This document shows, in pieces, positions 48,989 through 59,086 of a stretch of 64,000 nt of DNA. A program made the translations under genes and the position numbers. Origin of the DNA: a virus; IMG/VR virus record IMGVR_UViG_3300035670_009638, positions 18,502-82,501 of that record; one strand, given 5' to 3'. Position 1 is the stretch's first letter. Each line of letters opens with the position of its first letter. Under the pieces are notes generated by a model. That model saw nothing but the letters and a program-made list of their open reading frames with translations, had not been told where the DNA came from and made no database searches.

Positions 48989-49363
48989 TTAATAGTTTTC
49001 ATAAACGTAAACTATATTCAATCCAAGTAAAGCTGGTTTGAACTCTTTTATAATTTCTAAAGCTCCTTCAGTAAGACTAACAGTATTTCCTTCTTCATCA
49101 TGGGAAGAGAAAACCACATTTCCACAAAGAACAATATCATAATCAGTTAGACTTACAGTTCTTGAATTTTTAATGATAACTGTTGGAATTGGTGATTCTT
49201 CCTTTAGAAGAAATTCATCATCGAACCAAAGATCTAACTCTCCGATTTGCCTTACATCAAACACTGCATCATTGAGTTCTCTTTTCAATGTTGAGTAAGA
49301 ACTTTCTTGAGACTTCCTAAAAGTAATCTTTTCTCCAGGTTTTACAGTAGCGTAGTTAAGCAT
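48989..49363 (-). CDS. Hypothetical protein (DUF3846-like)
   Basis: DLWFDDEFLLK and GNVVF...D.EG.TVSLT. Confidence 0.6.
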   Translation of the reverse strand: MLNYATVKPGEKITFRKSQESSYSTLKRELNDAVFDVRQIGELDLWFDDEFLLKEESPIPTVIIKNSRTVSLTDYDIVLCGNVVFSSHDEEGNTVSLTEGALEIIKEFKPALLGLNIVYVYENY

Positions 49364-49504
49364 ATTATCATATCTCTTTTAAAAATATTAATATATATAT
49401 CTCTATTAATATTATATAATTTTCAGAATATTCCGTAAATAGTAAATTTTAACAGGATATCAATTTATTTCATACGGGGTAAATATGGACCCCGTAAGCA
49501 TACA

Positions 49505-49699
49505 TTAATCCTCCTTCTTAAAGAAAACTGTATGTGTCATAATTAAAGCGAACATCAATAGGAAGACCCCAGCTAAATTTACGTCTGTTTCAAAAATCAA
49601 GTCTATCCCCATTTTTACAGCAAAACTAGGAACGAATACAGCCAATAGGAATAGAATGATGCTACCAATAAACGCAATTAGACCAGTAAGAAATTTCAT
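49505..49699 (-). CDS. Small membrane protein
   Basis: Two TM segments; RBS AAAGGAG. Confidence 0.65.
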   Translation of the reverse strand: MKFLTGLIAFIGSIILFLLAVFVPSFAVKMGIDLIFETDVNLAGVFLLMFALIMTHTVFFKKED

Positions 49700-49810
49700 G
49701 ATTTTTGTTCTCCTTTCTCTTAATTATTGTTATTTTATCTGTTGTTTAAAAAACGTAAATCAAAATTGGAAACTATATGTATATAAAAAAATAAAAAGGG
49801 AATGCTTATA

Positions 49811-50207
49811 TTAAGCACTCCATTCTTTAATAGTTTCTATTAAGTTATCAATTTCTTCCTTGCCGAAGTTTGATGTATTGAATCTTTGTTCGAACTTAAA
49901 TATTCCAATTACTTTAGCTCCACTATCTGAGCAAATTTTATTGATACCATCAACAGCACCACAGAATCTAGGGTAAATAGAATTACCACTACCAAATATG
50001 AAAACTTCTTTGTCTTTTTTAAGTTCACCTAAACGAATTTCAAGTTTAGCAATTTCATTATAGGTTTTTTTCGATTTCTAATTCATCTTGAGTAATACCT
50101 TTTCCTAAAATTTCATTTGCTTTCTCAACACTGGTAATTGCTTCATCAAAGACTAGAGTAGCTTTAGATACGAGTTTATTAGCTTGTTGAAGAGATTTGT
50201 TTGCCAT
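49811..50207 (-). pseudogene. Frameshifted chimera: coiled-coil N-part plus flavodoxin C-terminal half
   Basis: MANKSLQQANKL...; downstream frame KDKEVFIFGSGNSIYPRFCGAVD...; ATG-to-TAA span is 397 nt, one base off frame near the T run at about 50065-50071. Confidence 0.6.
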
Positions 50208-50208
50208 A

Positions 50209-51258
50209 TTAATCTTCCTCCACGTTTAATGCTTCTTTCATTTTTTTAACTGCAACGAATAATGGTTGAACTTGATGTTTCTTAGCATCAGTAAGTTTAT
50301 TACCAGCACCAAATACTTCATCAACAATTCTCTGTAATTCTTCCATTCGACCAGATTTATGGAATTGAACACCGAGTTCTTTTGCTTCTTTCATCAATGC
50401 ATCAAAATCTAGCTCTTGTTCTTGAATTCCAATAGATTCTTTTTCATCTTTTAATTGAGATGGATCAATTTTTTCAATAGCTCGTTTAACTGCATCTTTG
50501 TAAGCATCAGCATCTAAAGGAATTACTGGGTCAATACCATCAAAAGTAGAACCAGCTTGCCATTGTAGTGTTTCACGAAGATGAATTACTCGATGTTCTT
50601 GTCCAGTTTCATCGGTTGTAACTGTCATAAACAAGATGTTATCAACCATTTTGTTAATTGGTGCCATAACTTTATCTTTTAAATCTGGTACATACTTAAC
50701 GAATTCGTAGTATTGTTCACCAGTTTTCTTATCTTTTGTTAGAGTCATAGTATCGTTGACTTGTTCTTGTAATACTCCTGCAGCTGGAATTTTTGTTGTC
50801 ACTTGAGTTGCATGAGAAATAAATACTGGTGTGTAGCCAAGTTTTTCAATCATTTGAAGGTTATTTTTCCAATCATTTTTCAAGTCAACCCAGTCTTTAC
50901 CCCATTCAACTTGACCAAATTCTGTTTTTCCATATTTAGCTAGAATATAAGTTTCAAGCATGTTATAAAGGTTCTCAACTGTATCAATTGCAATAACATC
51001 AAATCTTTCTTTAACTTTTTTGTTCCGTAGTTGAGATAGTACAGTTAGATATTCAATCCAAGATGAAACATATTGAACATTTGCTCCAACTAATACTTTA
51101 TGACGTTTTTCTGTAGCAACAAATAGAACTCGATCTCCATAAAGCCTATGGACAAAAGTTGTTTTACCAATTTTAGGAGTTCCATAAATAAAAGCTGTGT
51201 AGGAAGATAAATCAGTTGAAGCTTTAACAGGTTCAAGATTTAAAAGATCAATTGCCAT
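50209..51258 (-). CDS. AAA_24/Sak4-like ATPase (recombination/replication)
   Basis: YGTPKIGKTT, IAIDTV and FISH. Confidence 0.8.
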   Translation of the reverse strand: MAIDLLNLEPVKASTDLSSYTAFIYGTPKIGKTTFVHRLYGDRVLFVATEKRHKVLVGANVQYVSSWIEYLTVLSQLRNKKVKERFDVIAIDTVENLYNMLETYILAKYGKTEFGQVEWGKDWVDLKNDWKNNLQMIEKLGYTPVFISHATQVTTKIPAAGVLQEQVNDTMTLTKDKKTGEQYYEFVKYVPDLKDKVMAPINKMVDNILFMTVTTDETGQEHRVIHLRETLQWQAGSTFDGIDPVIPLDADAYKDAVKRAIEKIDPSQLKDEKESIGIQEQELDFDALMKEAKELGVQFHKSGRMEELQRIVDEVFGAGNKLTDAKKHQVQPLFVAVKKMKEALNVEED

Positions 51259-51328
51259 AAAATATTACCTCCGATTGTTTAATTTTTATTTCACATTATA
51301 TTTATATCTGAAGTAAACAAAACGTAAA

Positions 51329-51823
51329 TCAGTTTAATAAAGTTATTTTTTTATTTTTAAGAGTTTGTTTAACATCAATAACTCTTTGATTAGAAGAACC
51401 TCGATATTTCAAACTCAAATCTTTTAATTTAATTATAAATTGACCGTCTATTAAAACATCAATCTCTTTTAGAATTTCAACTTTATCTTTTTGTCTTAAC
51501 AATACTTCAATTTTGTAACCGGTCCAGACCCAAATCGGTTTGTTTACTTCAGTCCTCAATCTTTTGACTAGATTTAACATAGTCTCAGAGTCTTGCATCA
51601 TAGGTTCTCCTCCAAGTATGCTTACTCCATCAATGACAGGATTCTTCGCGTGTTCGATAAACTGATCTTCAACTTCATTTGTCCAAAGTTCACCATAATT
51701 AAAATCTTGGATTTCTTTATTAAAACAACCTTCGCAATTAAATTTACAACCTGATACAAATAAAGCCGTTCTTACTCCAGGTCCATTAGCTGCGTCGAAT
51801 TTTTTTATTTCTGCATAATTCAT
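51329..51823 (-). CDS. nrdG: Anaerobic RNR activating radical-SAM enzyme
   Basis: NGPGVR..LFVSGC...CEGCFN, LGGEP and RGSSNQR. Confidence 0.95.
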   Translation of the reverse strand: MNYAEIKKFDAANGPGVRTALFVSGCKFNCEGCFNKEIQDFNYGELWTNEVEDQFIEHAKNPVIDGVSILGGEPMMQDSETMLNLVKRLRTEVNKPIWVWTGYKIEVLLRQKDKVEILKEIDVLIDGQFIIKLKDLSLKYRGSSNQRVIDVKQTLKNKKITLLN

Positions 51824-51894
51824 ATAATATCAGCCCCTAGCTTAACAAATTTACCCATAACAAAAGCACAAGGCTCAAGGCCTCATGCTAGGTT

Positions 51895-54030
51895 TTATAA
51901 ATGAAGAACTCTTTCTTTTATCTCTTTTGTTCTACCTCTATTCCAAAGGTTTGTTCCAATGTATCCACAGGTTCTACGCATAACTTGCATTTCATATTCG
52001 TCATCATTTCCACAGTTAGGACAATACCAATGAAGGTCATCAGTTACTTGCATTTCTCCATCATATCCACATTTATAGCAAATATCTGATTTAGTATTGA
52101 TTTCAGCATATTGAACATTATGATAGATAAAGTTTATAATTTTTTCTACTGCTTCAACGTTCTTACTCATATCAGGAACTTCAACATAAGAAATGCATCC
52201 ACCACTTGAGATAGAATGATATTGAGCCTCAAACTTAAGTTTTGAGAATGCATCAATAGGTTCTGTTACATTAACATGATAAGAGTTAGTGTAATATTCT
52301 TTATCAGTAACACCTTTGATTACTCCAAACTTTTCTCTATCCAATTTACAAAATCTAGCGATAAGTGATTCTGCAGGAGTTCCATATAAACTAAACCCAA
52401 TATTGGTTTCGGCTCCCCATTTATCTACAGATTCTTTCATTTTGTTCATAACTTTTAAAGACAACTCTTGACCTTCAGGAGTTGTATGAGACTTACCAAT
52501 TAGAGCATAAATCATCTCATGTAAACCAACATATCCAAGACTGATGGTTGAATATCCTCCATAAAGAAGTTTGTCAATTTTTTCTCCTTTTTTTAATCTT
52601 GCAATAGCACCGTGTTGCCATAGAATAGGGGCAACATCTGAGACAGTTCCCTTAAGTAGGTCATGTCTTACCATTAATGCTTCATATGCTAATGAAAGTT
52701 TTTCATCTAAAATCTTCCACATTGAATCCATGTCACCGTTGGCTTGAATACCTATACGGGCAAGGTTTAATGAAACAACACCTTGATTAAATCTTCCATA
52801 CCATTTGTTGTTTCCATTTTCATCTTTCCACGGAGATAAATGAGATCTGCAACCCATAGGAGGGAAATTATCTCCATCATAATTTTGTTTCATTATCTTA
52901 ACACTTTGATAATCTGGAACAAGTCTCTTTACATTACATTTTGCTGCAAGCTTAGTTAGATAATCATATTTTCCTCCTTCTAAGCAATTATGTTCGTCAA
53001 GAGGATATACGAGTTTTGGAAAGGCTTCTCCAATTTCTTGGCCTTTGTAATTCTTCATTCCTTCTAATCTTTGTTTAATCATTTCTTCAACGATTAAAGC
53101 TTCTTCTTCTTCATATTCGGAACCAACTTCTACTTCTAAATAAATGGTTGCAAAAGGAGCTTGACCATTAGTTCCTGAGATTGTACTTAATTGGTATCTA
53201 ATTGTTTGAACTCCATTTTTTAAGCTCTCTAATTTTCTATCAGTAGCAAGCTTTTCAGCAGTTTCTTTATCAAATCCCATTTCAGTATACTTCTTAAGAT
53301 ATTTTTCATAGGTAGTTCTTAAGAAAGGAGCAAGATGTTTTATAGTTATCGATTGACCTCCATACTGACTGCTAGCAACTTGAGCCATTATTTGAGTAGC
53401 AACTGTACAAGCTGTTTCAAATGATTTAGGTTTTTCAACAAGCTTTTCGTTAATTACTGTTCCATTTTGAAGCATATCTTCTAAGTTGACTAAATCACAG
53501 TTATGCATATGTTGTAATGTATAGTCCGCATCGTGCCAATGAATATCCCCATCAATATGAGCTTGAACAATATGAGCAGGAATTAACTTTCTAAAAGCTA
53601 TATCTTTAGAAATTTCTCCGGCAATCAAATCTCTCTGAGTTGAAACAATAAAAGCATTTTTATTAGAATTTTCCCTCATAACTTCTTCATTAGTTGTATT
53701 AATCAATTTTAAGATGCTTTCATCTGTTGTATTTACTTCACGCTTAAATTCTTGAACAGCTCTAAAACTTTCATAAGCTTTTGCAATTTGAATTTCATTT
53801 CTTTTAACTAATTCATAATAAACTGTTGTTTCGACTATTTTTACACTTGGAATATCTGATTCATTTTTATAGTAATGATCTGAAAAGTATTTTTCTAATG
53901 AATCAGCAATATCTATAGCAACATCTTCTTTTACAATTCCCGAACCATACTTCATAGCTTTAAGAATGGCATTTTTAATCCTTTCTTTATCGAATTGATT
54001 AATTTCACCATTTCTTTTAATTATTTTCAT
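51895..54030 (-). CDS. nrdD: Class III anaerobic ribonucleotide reductase with ATP cone
   Basis: IIKRNG ATP cone, QYGGQS, MGCRS, TPAES, YYTNS and RRTCGYIG. Confidence 0.96.
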   Translation of the reverse strand: MKIIKRNGEINQFDKERIKNAILKAMKYGSGIVKEDVAIDIADSLEKYFSDHYYKNESDIPSVKIVETTVYYELVKRNEIQIAKAYESFRAVQEFKREVNTTDESILKLINTTNEEVMRENSNKNAFIVSTQRDLIAGEISKDIAFRKLIPAHIVQAHIDGDIHWHDADYTLQHMHNCDLVNLEDMLQNGTVINEKLVEKPKSFETACTVATQIMAQVASSQYGGQSITIKHLAPFLRTTYEKYLKKYTEMGFDKETAEKLATDRKLESLKNGVQTIRYQLSTISGTNGQAPFATIYLEVEVGSEYEEEEALIVEEMIKQRLEGMKNYKGQEIGEAFPKLVYPLDEHNCLEGGKYDYLTKLAAKCNVKRLVPDYQSVKIMKQNYDGDNFPPMGCRSHLSPWKDENGNNKWYGRFNQGVVSLNLARIGIQANGDMDSMWKILDEKLSLAYEALMVRHDLLKGTVSDVAPILWQHGAIARLKKGEKIDKLLYGGYSTISLGYVGLHEMIYALIGKSHTTPEGQELSLKVMNKMKESVDKWGAETNIGFSLYGTPAESLIARFCKLDREKFGVIKGVTDKEYYTNSYHVNVTEPIDAFSKLKFEAQYHSISSGGCISYVEVPDMSKNVEAVEKIINFIYHNVQYAEINTKSDICYKCGYDGEMQVTDDLHWYCPNCGNDDEYEMQVMRRTCGYIGTNLWNRGRTKEIKERVLHL

Positions 54031-54307
54031 TTGGGGGTCCTCCTTATACTAAAATGAGAGAGATTACTCTCTCTAGTAATCTATAGAATTTATTTCATTC
54101 TTTAAATTAGGCTAATCAATTTTTCAATAATATCTTTAATATTGTATTTATATCTGAATCGGACAAAACGTAAATTAAATATTGAATATTTATAATTAAA
54201 ATTCATATATCTTAACTACTACTCTTTTTCATAAGATCTTTGAAAAACACAAATCAAAACAAAAAACAAGAGTAACAAGATTTTTCTCGTTACTCTTAAT
54301 TTTGAAA

Positions 54308-54589
54308 TTACTTCTTGTTTCGATACTTTAAAATCATTACTAACATAACGAAAGCCAACAATTCGTTGAAAATATAGGTAATCACATAACCAAAATTACC
54401 ATTTTGAGTGTATAGTAAAATTGAGTTGATTAAGAGTAATGTTAAAGCGATATTCAGCATTACAAAGAATGATAAACTAATATCTCCAACTTCTTTTGTT
54501 TTGTAAGTATGGATTACTTGAGGAATGTAGCAAATCACCAAAAATACAGTTGTGAGAATAGGAATAACGTTTAATAGAGTTTCAATCAT
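54308..54589 (-). CDS. PQ-loop/SemiSWEET-family transporter
   Basis: YIPQVIHTYKTK...DIS; three TM segments. Confidence 0.8.
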   Translation of the reverse strand: MIETLLNVIPILTTVFLVICYIPQVIHTYKTKEVGDISLSFFVMLNIALTLLLINSILLYTQNGNFGYVITYIFNELLAFVMLVMILKYRNKK

Positions 54590-55068
54590 TTAATCTTCTC
54601 CTTTACAGCTTGAACTAAGTCTTCAATTTCAGAAAAAATTCCACCTTCAGTTTGTTTAATCAGTCCAATAACAAATAGGTTTCGATATACAAACTGGTTC
54701 TCTGTTGCATCTTCAATAAGAGCATCAATTTTTTCTGCATTGTCTCTTCCTAATTGTCGAACATCAGTAAACAAAGCAAAGATTGGTTTTCCTGTTGTTG
54801 CAAACATACCAATTTCTGCTGCAACACCAGAATCTATTTCAATACCATCAATTACTGCAATTAAAAAATCGCTTTCCATTAATTTTTCTGTATCAGCTTT
54901 TGCAATAGCAATACTATCTGCATACTGAGTTTTATCATTAATTGCATCATTTTCTTGAGGAACATAAAGATCTACTTTGTTAGTAATAAACCTTAGTCTT
55001 GATGCAATTAATTGATTTGTGAGTCTGTCACCAATTGAGAATAATCCATTTGCTAAATAACCTTTCAT
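54586..55068 (-). CDS. Second nucleoside 2-deoxyribosyltransferase-family protein
   Basis: YLANGLF, PQE, D...L..SD, DSGVAAEIG and NLFV.G. Confidence 0.85.
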   Translation of the reverse strand: MKGYLANGLFSIGDRLTNQLIASRLRFITNKVDLYVPQENDAINDKTQYADSIAIAKADTEKLMESDFLIAVIDGIEIDSGVAAEIGMFATTGKPIFALFTDVRQLGRDNAEKIDALIEDATENQFVYRNLFVIGLIKQTEGGIFSEIEDLVQAVKEKIK

Positions 55069-55808
55069 TTTAAAGAACCCTCCGATTTAAGATTTTCAAT
55101 TGTCTCTTGAATTTCATCTGCTCTAGTTGAGAACCATCCACGATAGTTAGTTTCAAGTTTATGAAACGCAACTGGATAACCTTTGAAATGTCTCATATAT
55201 AACTCAAATGGAGCCAATCCATGAATTTTATTTTTTGGGTTATCATTTTGTCTTGTTGAACCAATGACTACGATTTTACAATTATCAGTTGGTCTTGTAA
55301 GAACTGTTTGAGCTTCATTAAGATCGAAAGATTGAAATTCATCGATAATAACGTAAGCATTATCCCAAGTAATACCTCTTGTATAAGCTGATGTAGCAAC
55401 TTGAACTTTTGGAGTTTCTTTAGAGTTGTTCTTTTCATTTTCTTGCTGAGCTGACCATTGCTCAAACAACCCAGGTTGTACATGGTCAAGGGCTTCAATA
55501 AATGGTGCCATATAAGGTAATTCTTTTTCTCCAATTCCTCCTGGTAAGTAACCCATCTCACGAACTGGAACAGCATTTCTTATATAAATAATTCGATCAT
55601 AATTTCCAACTTCAACTTCATAGGCACCAATTAATGTTGCAATTGTTGTTTTACCAGTACCAGCTTTGGCATCACAGAATACTCCAGTAACAACCTCAGG
55701 ACTAGCAAATAAACTCTGGGCATAAGCATATTGATGTTTATCTGCAAGAACATTAAAACCTTTTTCAGCTAACCATTTCCAACGAATATCGCCATATTTA
55801 TTACCCAT
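55065..55808 (-). CDS. PhoH-like ATPase
   Basis: AKAGTGKT, GYLPG...EK, RG.T, IIDEFQ and G...Q.D. Confidence 0.88.
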   Translation of the reverse strand: MGNKYGDIRWKWLAEKGFNVLADKHQYAYAQSLFASPEVVTGVFCDAKAGTGKTTIATLIGAYEVEVGNYDRIIYIRNAVPVREMGYLPGGIGEKELPYMAPFIEALDHVQPGLFEQWSAQQENEKNNSKETPKVQVATSAYTRGITWDNAYVIIDEFQSFDLNEAQTVLTRPTDNCKIVVIGSTRQNDNPKNKIHGLAPFELYMRHFKGYPVAFHKLETNYRGWFSTRADEIQETIENLKSEGSLK

Positions 55809-55881
55809 ATGAGTTACCTCCTAGTTTTTAAATATGAAGGGGAATAAATCCCCTCCATGTTTTCGTAGTTTGACATATTTA

Positions 55882-56838
55882 TCAAAAATCAGGCATATCG
55901 TCATTACCCATACTAGTAGGCATTTGATTAGTAATGTCTTGTGGTGATGGAGCTCCTTGACCAAATCCAGTATTAGTTTGAGGAACTTCTGGTGCTGGTT
56001 GCTGAAGTTCTTGTAATTTTAGATTACGAACTCGTTTAGCATTTTCAATTTCTTCAGGAGTGTATTCTTTGGAGCCGAGGAACGGCATATCTCCACCGAT
56101 AATTTCAATGTTATTAACAAAGTTTCGAATAACATTTGATGTTTCAACAGTTTCAGTTGAACCAAATCCATGTGTAGGTGCTTGTTGAACTTCTTCTTCT
56201 TTCTCTTCAACTTCAACATAGTTATTCAACTTGAATGTTAATCGACCAGTTGATCCAGGTTGATATAAATCCATGAATGATTGAGCAAGTTCTTCACCAA
56301 TTACCACGTTTTTAAGTTCAATTACTTCATTTCCCCAAGCAACAGTAAATCCGTGAACTTCATAATCTCCAGTTGGCAATTGATCTTTATCTAATTTTTC
56401 AACAAAGTTTTCTACTACTGTTTCGATCGAGGCAATAGCTTTATCAGGTTGGTCATTATCAGCATCTAGGCGATTAAAGAAAACACCTTTAACTTCATTG
56501 AATTGAACTAGATGACCTTGTCGGTTGTAGTATTCGTTAAGCGTTAATTCACCAGCTACACGAATTCGATCTGCATTTTCTTCGCCATGTTCTTCAATTG
56601 ACTTGTACTCATTTTTAACAGTTTCAATACCTTTAAATAGTTTCGAAGACTCCATAATGAATACTCGAACATTTTGTTCTTGAATCTTTCCATCAAATTT
56701 AGAAGCGATAACTAGCTTACCAGACATATATCGATTACCTTTTTTACTCGTTCTCACTTCAAGATCCTTAGACTTCAAAGTACCAACGATTTCAACATTG
56801 TTTTGTAGTTGACGTAATTCAATGTTTTGGTTTTCCAT
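55882..56838 (-). CDS. Phage single-stranded DNA-binding protein
   Basis: OB-like NNVEIVGTL... region and acidic C-terminus DDMPDF. Confidence 0.7.
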   Translation of the reverse strand: MENQNIELRQLQNNVEIVGTLKSKDLEVRTSKKGNRYMSGKLVIASKFDGKIQEQNVRVFIMESSKLFKGIETVKNEYKSIEEHGEENADRIRVAGELTLNEYYNRQGHLVQFNEVKGVFFNRLDADNDQPDKAIASIETVVENFVEKLDKDQLPTGDYEVHGFTVAWGNEVIELKNVVIGEELAQSFMDLYQPGSTGRLTFKLNNYVEVEEKEEEVQQAPTHGFGSTETVETSNVIRNFVNNIEIIGGDMPFLGSKEYTPEEIENAKRVRNLKLQELQQPAPEVPQTNTGFGQGAPSPQDITNQMPTSMGNDDMPDF

Positions 56839-56997
56839 ATTTCTGATTCCTCCGATTGAAATAATTTAATTTTTATTACATTGTTTTTATATCTGAATTG
56901 ATAAAAACGTAAATCAAATTATTAAAATAAAATTTATATTTTATAATAAATAATCACTATATATAGGCGAATTTTTAAGAAAAACACCTATATATTG

Positions 56998-57219
56998 TTA
57001 TTTTTTAGTAATTTCTTCAACTAAAGCTTTAAATGCATTACGATACTTAAAAGCTTGAAAAGACTGTTCTTCATACAATCGCTTATACAAATCCCTGTCC
57101 GATTTAATCTGATCTAATTCAATTAAGAGTTTTTCATTCACCGCATCTACGTCAGGACCAGATTTATCGGAGTCACATAATTCTTCAGAATCACAAATTT
57201 CATATGGGCTTTTTTCCAT
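56998..57219 (-). CDS. Hypothetical coiled-coil protein
   Basis: RBS AAGGAGG. Confidence 0.6.
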   Translation of the reverse strand: MEKSPYEICDSEELCDSDKSGPDVDAVNEKLLIELDQIKSDRDLYKRLYEEQSFQAFKYRNAFKALVEEITKK

Positions 57220-57237
57220 CTGAATTCCTCCTTAATA

Positions 57238-57438
57238 TTAATAATCTTCTGCATATAAAAATTTTTCTTCTGCTCCAATAAAATCGATAAGACATTTTTT
57301 GGAGCAAAAATAATCACCATCAAAATAAACTACATGCTGTCCATCATGAATCTCTGAATCACATTCTTCACAATGAGTAATTGGGATTGGGTCGGGATCT
57401 GGTTCAGCAAATCTCGCCATCGTGTGTAATCTACTCAT
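57238..57438 (-). CDS. Small zinc-binding protein
   Basis: CEEC...FCSKKC. Confidence 0.65.
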   Translation of the reverse strand: MSRLHTMARFAEPDPDPIPITHCEECDSEIHDGQHVVYFDGDYFCSKKCLIDFIGAEEKFLYAEDY

Positions 57439-57510
57439 TTATTTATCACCTCAAAGTATTTATATCTGTCCTATAAAAAACGTAAAAAAAGAGAATTAAA
57501 AAGTTCTCTC

Positions 57511-58338
57511 TTAAATCGCTACATCAGCTTTTTCAATTTTTTCTGGCTTAGTTTTATAAATTAGTTTGAAGTCATCTTCCGTGAAATCATAGAAATTAGT
57601 AATTTCTGGATTTATCCAAAATTCAGGAGCTTCTAATTCTTTTCTACTTAATAGGTCTATTGCTAATTCCTCATGTTTGTTGTATATATGCATATCTCCA
57701 ATAACATGAGTTAAAGTTCCAACTTTCAATCTTAAATGTATTGCTACCATATGCAGCCATATTGAGTACTGAACAACATTCCAATTGTTAGCAACCAAGA
57801 AATCGTTCGATCGTTGTTTCATAATTAAATGTGCTTTTCCACTTTTGATTAATAGCTGAATATGATGAACACATGGTGGCAAGTTCATTTCGTGTAGTTC
57901 GCTCGTATTCCATAATTCTATTTGCAATCTTCGAGAAGTTGGATTTTTCTTACCCTCTCCAAGAATATAGTCCATTTGATTGTCATATCCAAAGACAGGT
58001 TTTGCTACTTGATAACCGTAAGCTTTTCCGATGGAACCAGTTTCATCAGCCCATGCATCCCAGATTGCACCTTTTAAATCTTTAATATTATTTGAACGCT
58101 GGCGATAAATCCAATCAGTTTCATTAAAAGCACTTTTAATTGGAGTTGGCCTAATAGTAAGTGCAGGAAATTCTTTTTCCAAATCATAGACATTAACAAC
58201 TGAAACAATACGTTTTGTTGAAATTGGTGAACCATCATCCCATCGAGCGCGATTGTCAATTTCCCAAGGTTCTTTCATGATTCTTTCTAAATTTTCTTTA
58301 AAAATCTTATCTGCAATAGTCATTATGTTATCCTCCAT
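57511..58338 (-). CDS. thyA: Thymidylate synthase (canonical, dUMP-type)
   Basis: IWDAW, YG.Q, SRR, LPPC, QRSND...N (Asn at the specificity position) and DMHIY. Confidence 0.93.
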   Translation of the reverse strand: MEDNIMTIADKIFKENLERIMKEPWEIDNRARWDDGSPISTKRIVSVVNVYDLEKEFPALTIRPTPIKSAFNETDWIYRQRSNNIKDLKGAIWDAWADETGSIGKAYGYQVAKPVFGYDNQMDYILGEGKKNPTSRRLQIELWNTSELHEMNLPPCVHHIQLLIKSGKAHLIMKQRSNDFLVANNWNVVQYSIWLHMVAIHLRLKVGTLTHVIGDMHIYNKHEELAIDLLSRKELEAPEFWINPEITNFYDFTEDDFKLIYKTKPEKIEKADVAI

Positions 58339-58376
58339 AATTTTTGTTATTTTATCTGTTCTTTAAAAAATGTAAA

Positions 58377-59048
58377 TTATTTAAGGACTCTTTCTAAAAA
58401 GAAACTTTCTAATCCATCTACATCAACTACCATTCTAGGAAAATAAAATTTGTGGCCATATTCAGACATAATGTAAGGGTTTTCAAAATCAAAATTATAG
58501 AATAAATGAGTACTAGGATAAGGCAGATTGGCTCTATCCTGTTTAATTTTTTCCTCATTTATTTTTCTGGTATCGTTATAATAAGAGCTGCTTTTTATCT
58601 GTATATATGTTTTCTTGCCATTAATACCAAATAAACCATCTACTGCATATTCAATATCTTCCATTCTATTTAAAGAATCAAAAGAAGAACCAGGAATTAA
58701 TAAAAACGATCTAGTAGTTATTGATTCACCATAAAAAGCTTTATGAGCCCGGCAGCTAAGTTGCCTTTCCACTTCAGTTTTTACTTCTTCTAAATTTAAA
58801 TTATTTAGTTCTGCCATTCTCCCAAGTTCTCTGTAGTTCTCGTAAGTTGAATAAATCTGAAAAGCTAGTGTTCTAAATTTTTCAAAGCTAAGATATGAAA
58901 TTTTATTATTTTCATCGATTAATACCGTGTTAAAACAAAATTTTTTAATAGCATCTATATCAAAGACTCCGAATTGACCATTTACTCCTATCCAAAACTT
59001 ATTCCAAACAAAATCATGGACATTCATAATTCGCACCTTCTCTTTCAC
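58377..59048 (-). CDS. Putative PD-(D/E)xK endonuclease
   Basis: E...D..YAVD......YIQIKS pattern. Confidence 0.5.
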   Translation of the reverse strand: MKEKVRIMNVHDFVWNKFWIGVNGQFGVFDIDAIKKFCFNTVLIDENNKISYLSFEKFRTLAFQIYSTYENYRELGRMAELNNLNLEEVKTEVERQLSCRAHKAFYGESITTRSFLLIPGSSFDSLNRMEDIEYAVDGLFGINGKKTYIQIKSSSYYNDTRKINEEKIKQDRANLPYPSTHLFYNFDFENPYIMSEYGHKFYFPRMVVDVDGLESFFLERVLK

Positions 59049-59086
59049 AATTTTCAGTATTTTAAATACAACAAAAAGAACAGATC

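Noticed and set aside
30422-54030. Introns or inteins in dnaE, helicase or nrdD
   Set aside because: The ORFs are continuous and of normal length with no intein motifs; the GIY-YIG genes are free-standing or fused.
4689-58259. Many 60-170-aa ORFs antisense to or nested in long genes (e.g. 17228-17731, 22166-22534, 43444-43770, 55268-55576)
   Set aside because: Shadows of well-supported genes, without RBS or recognisable motifs.
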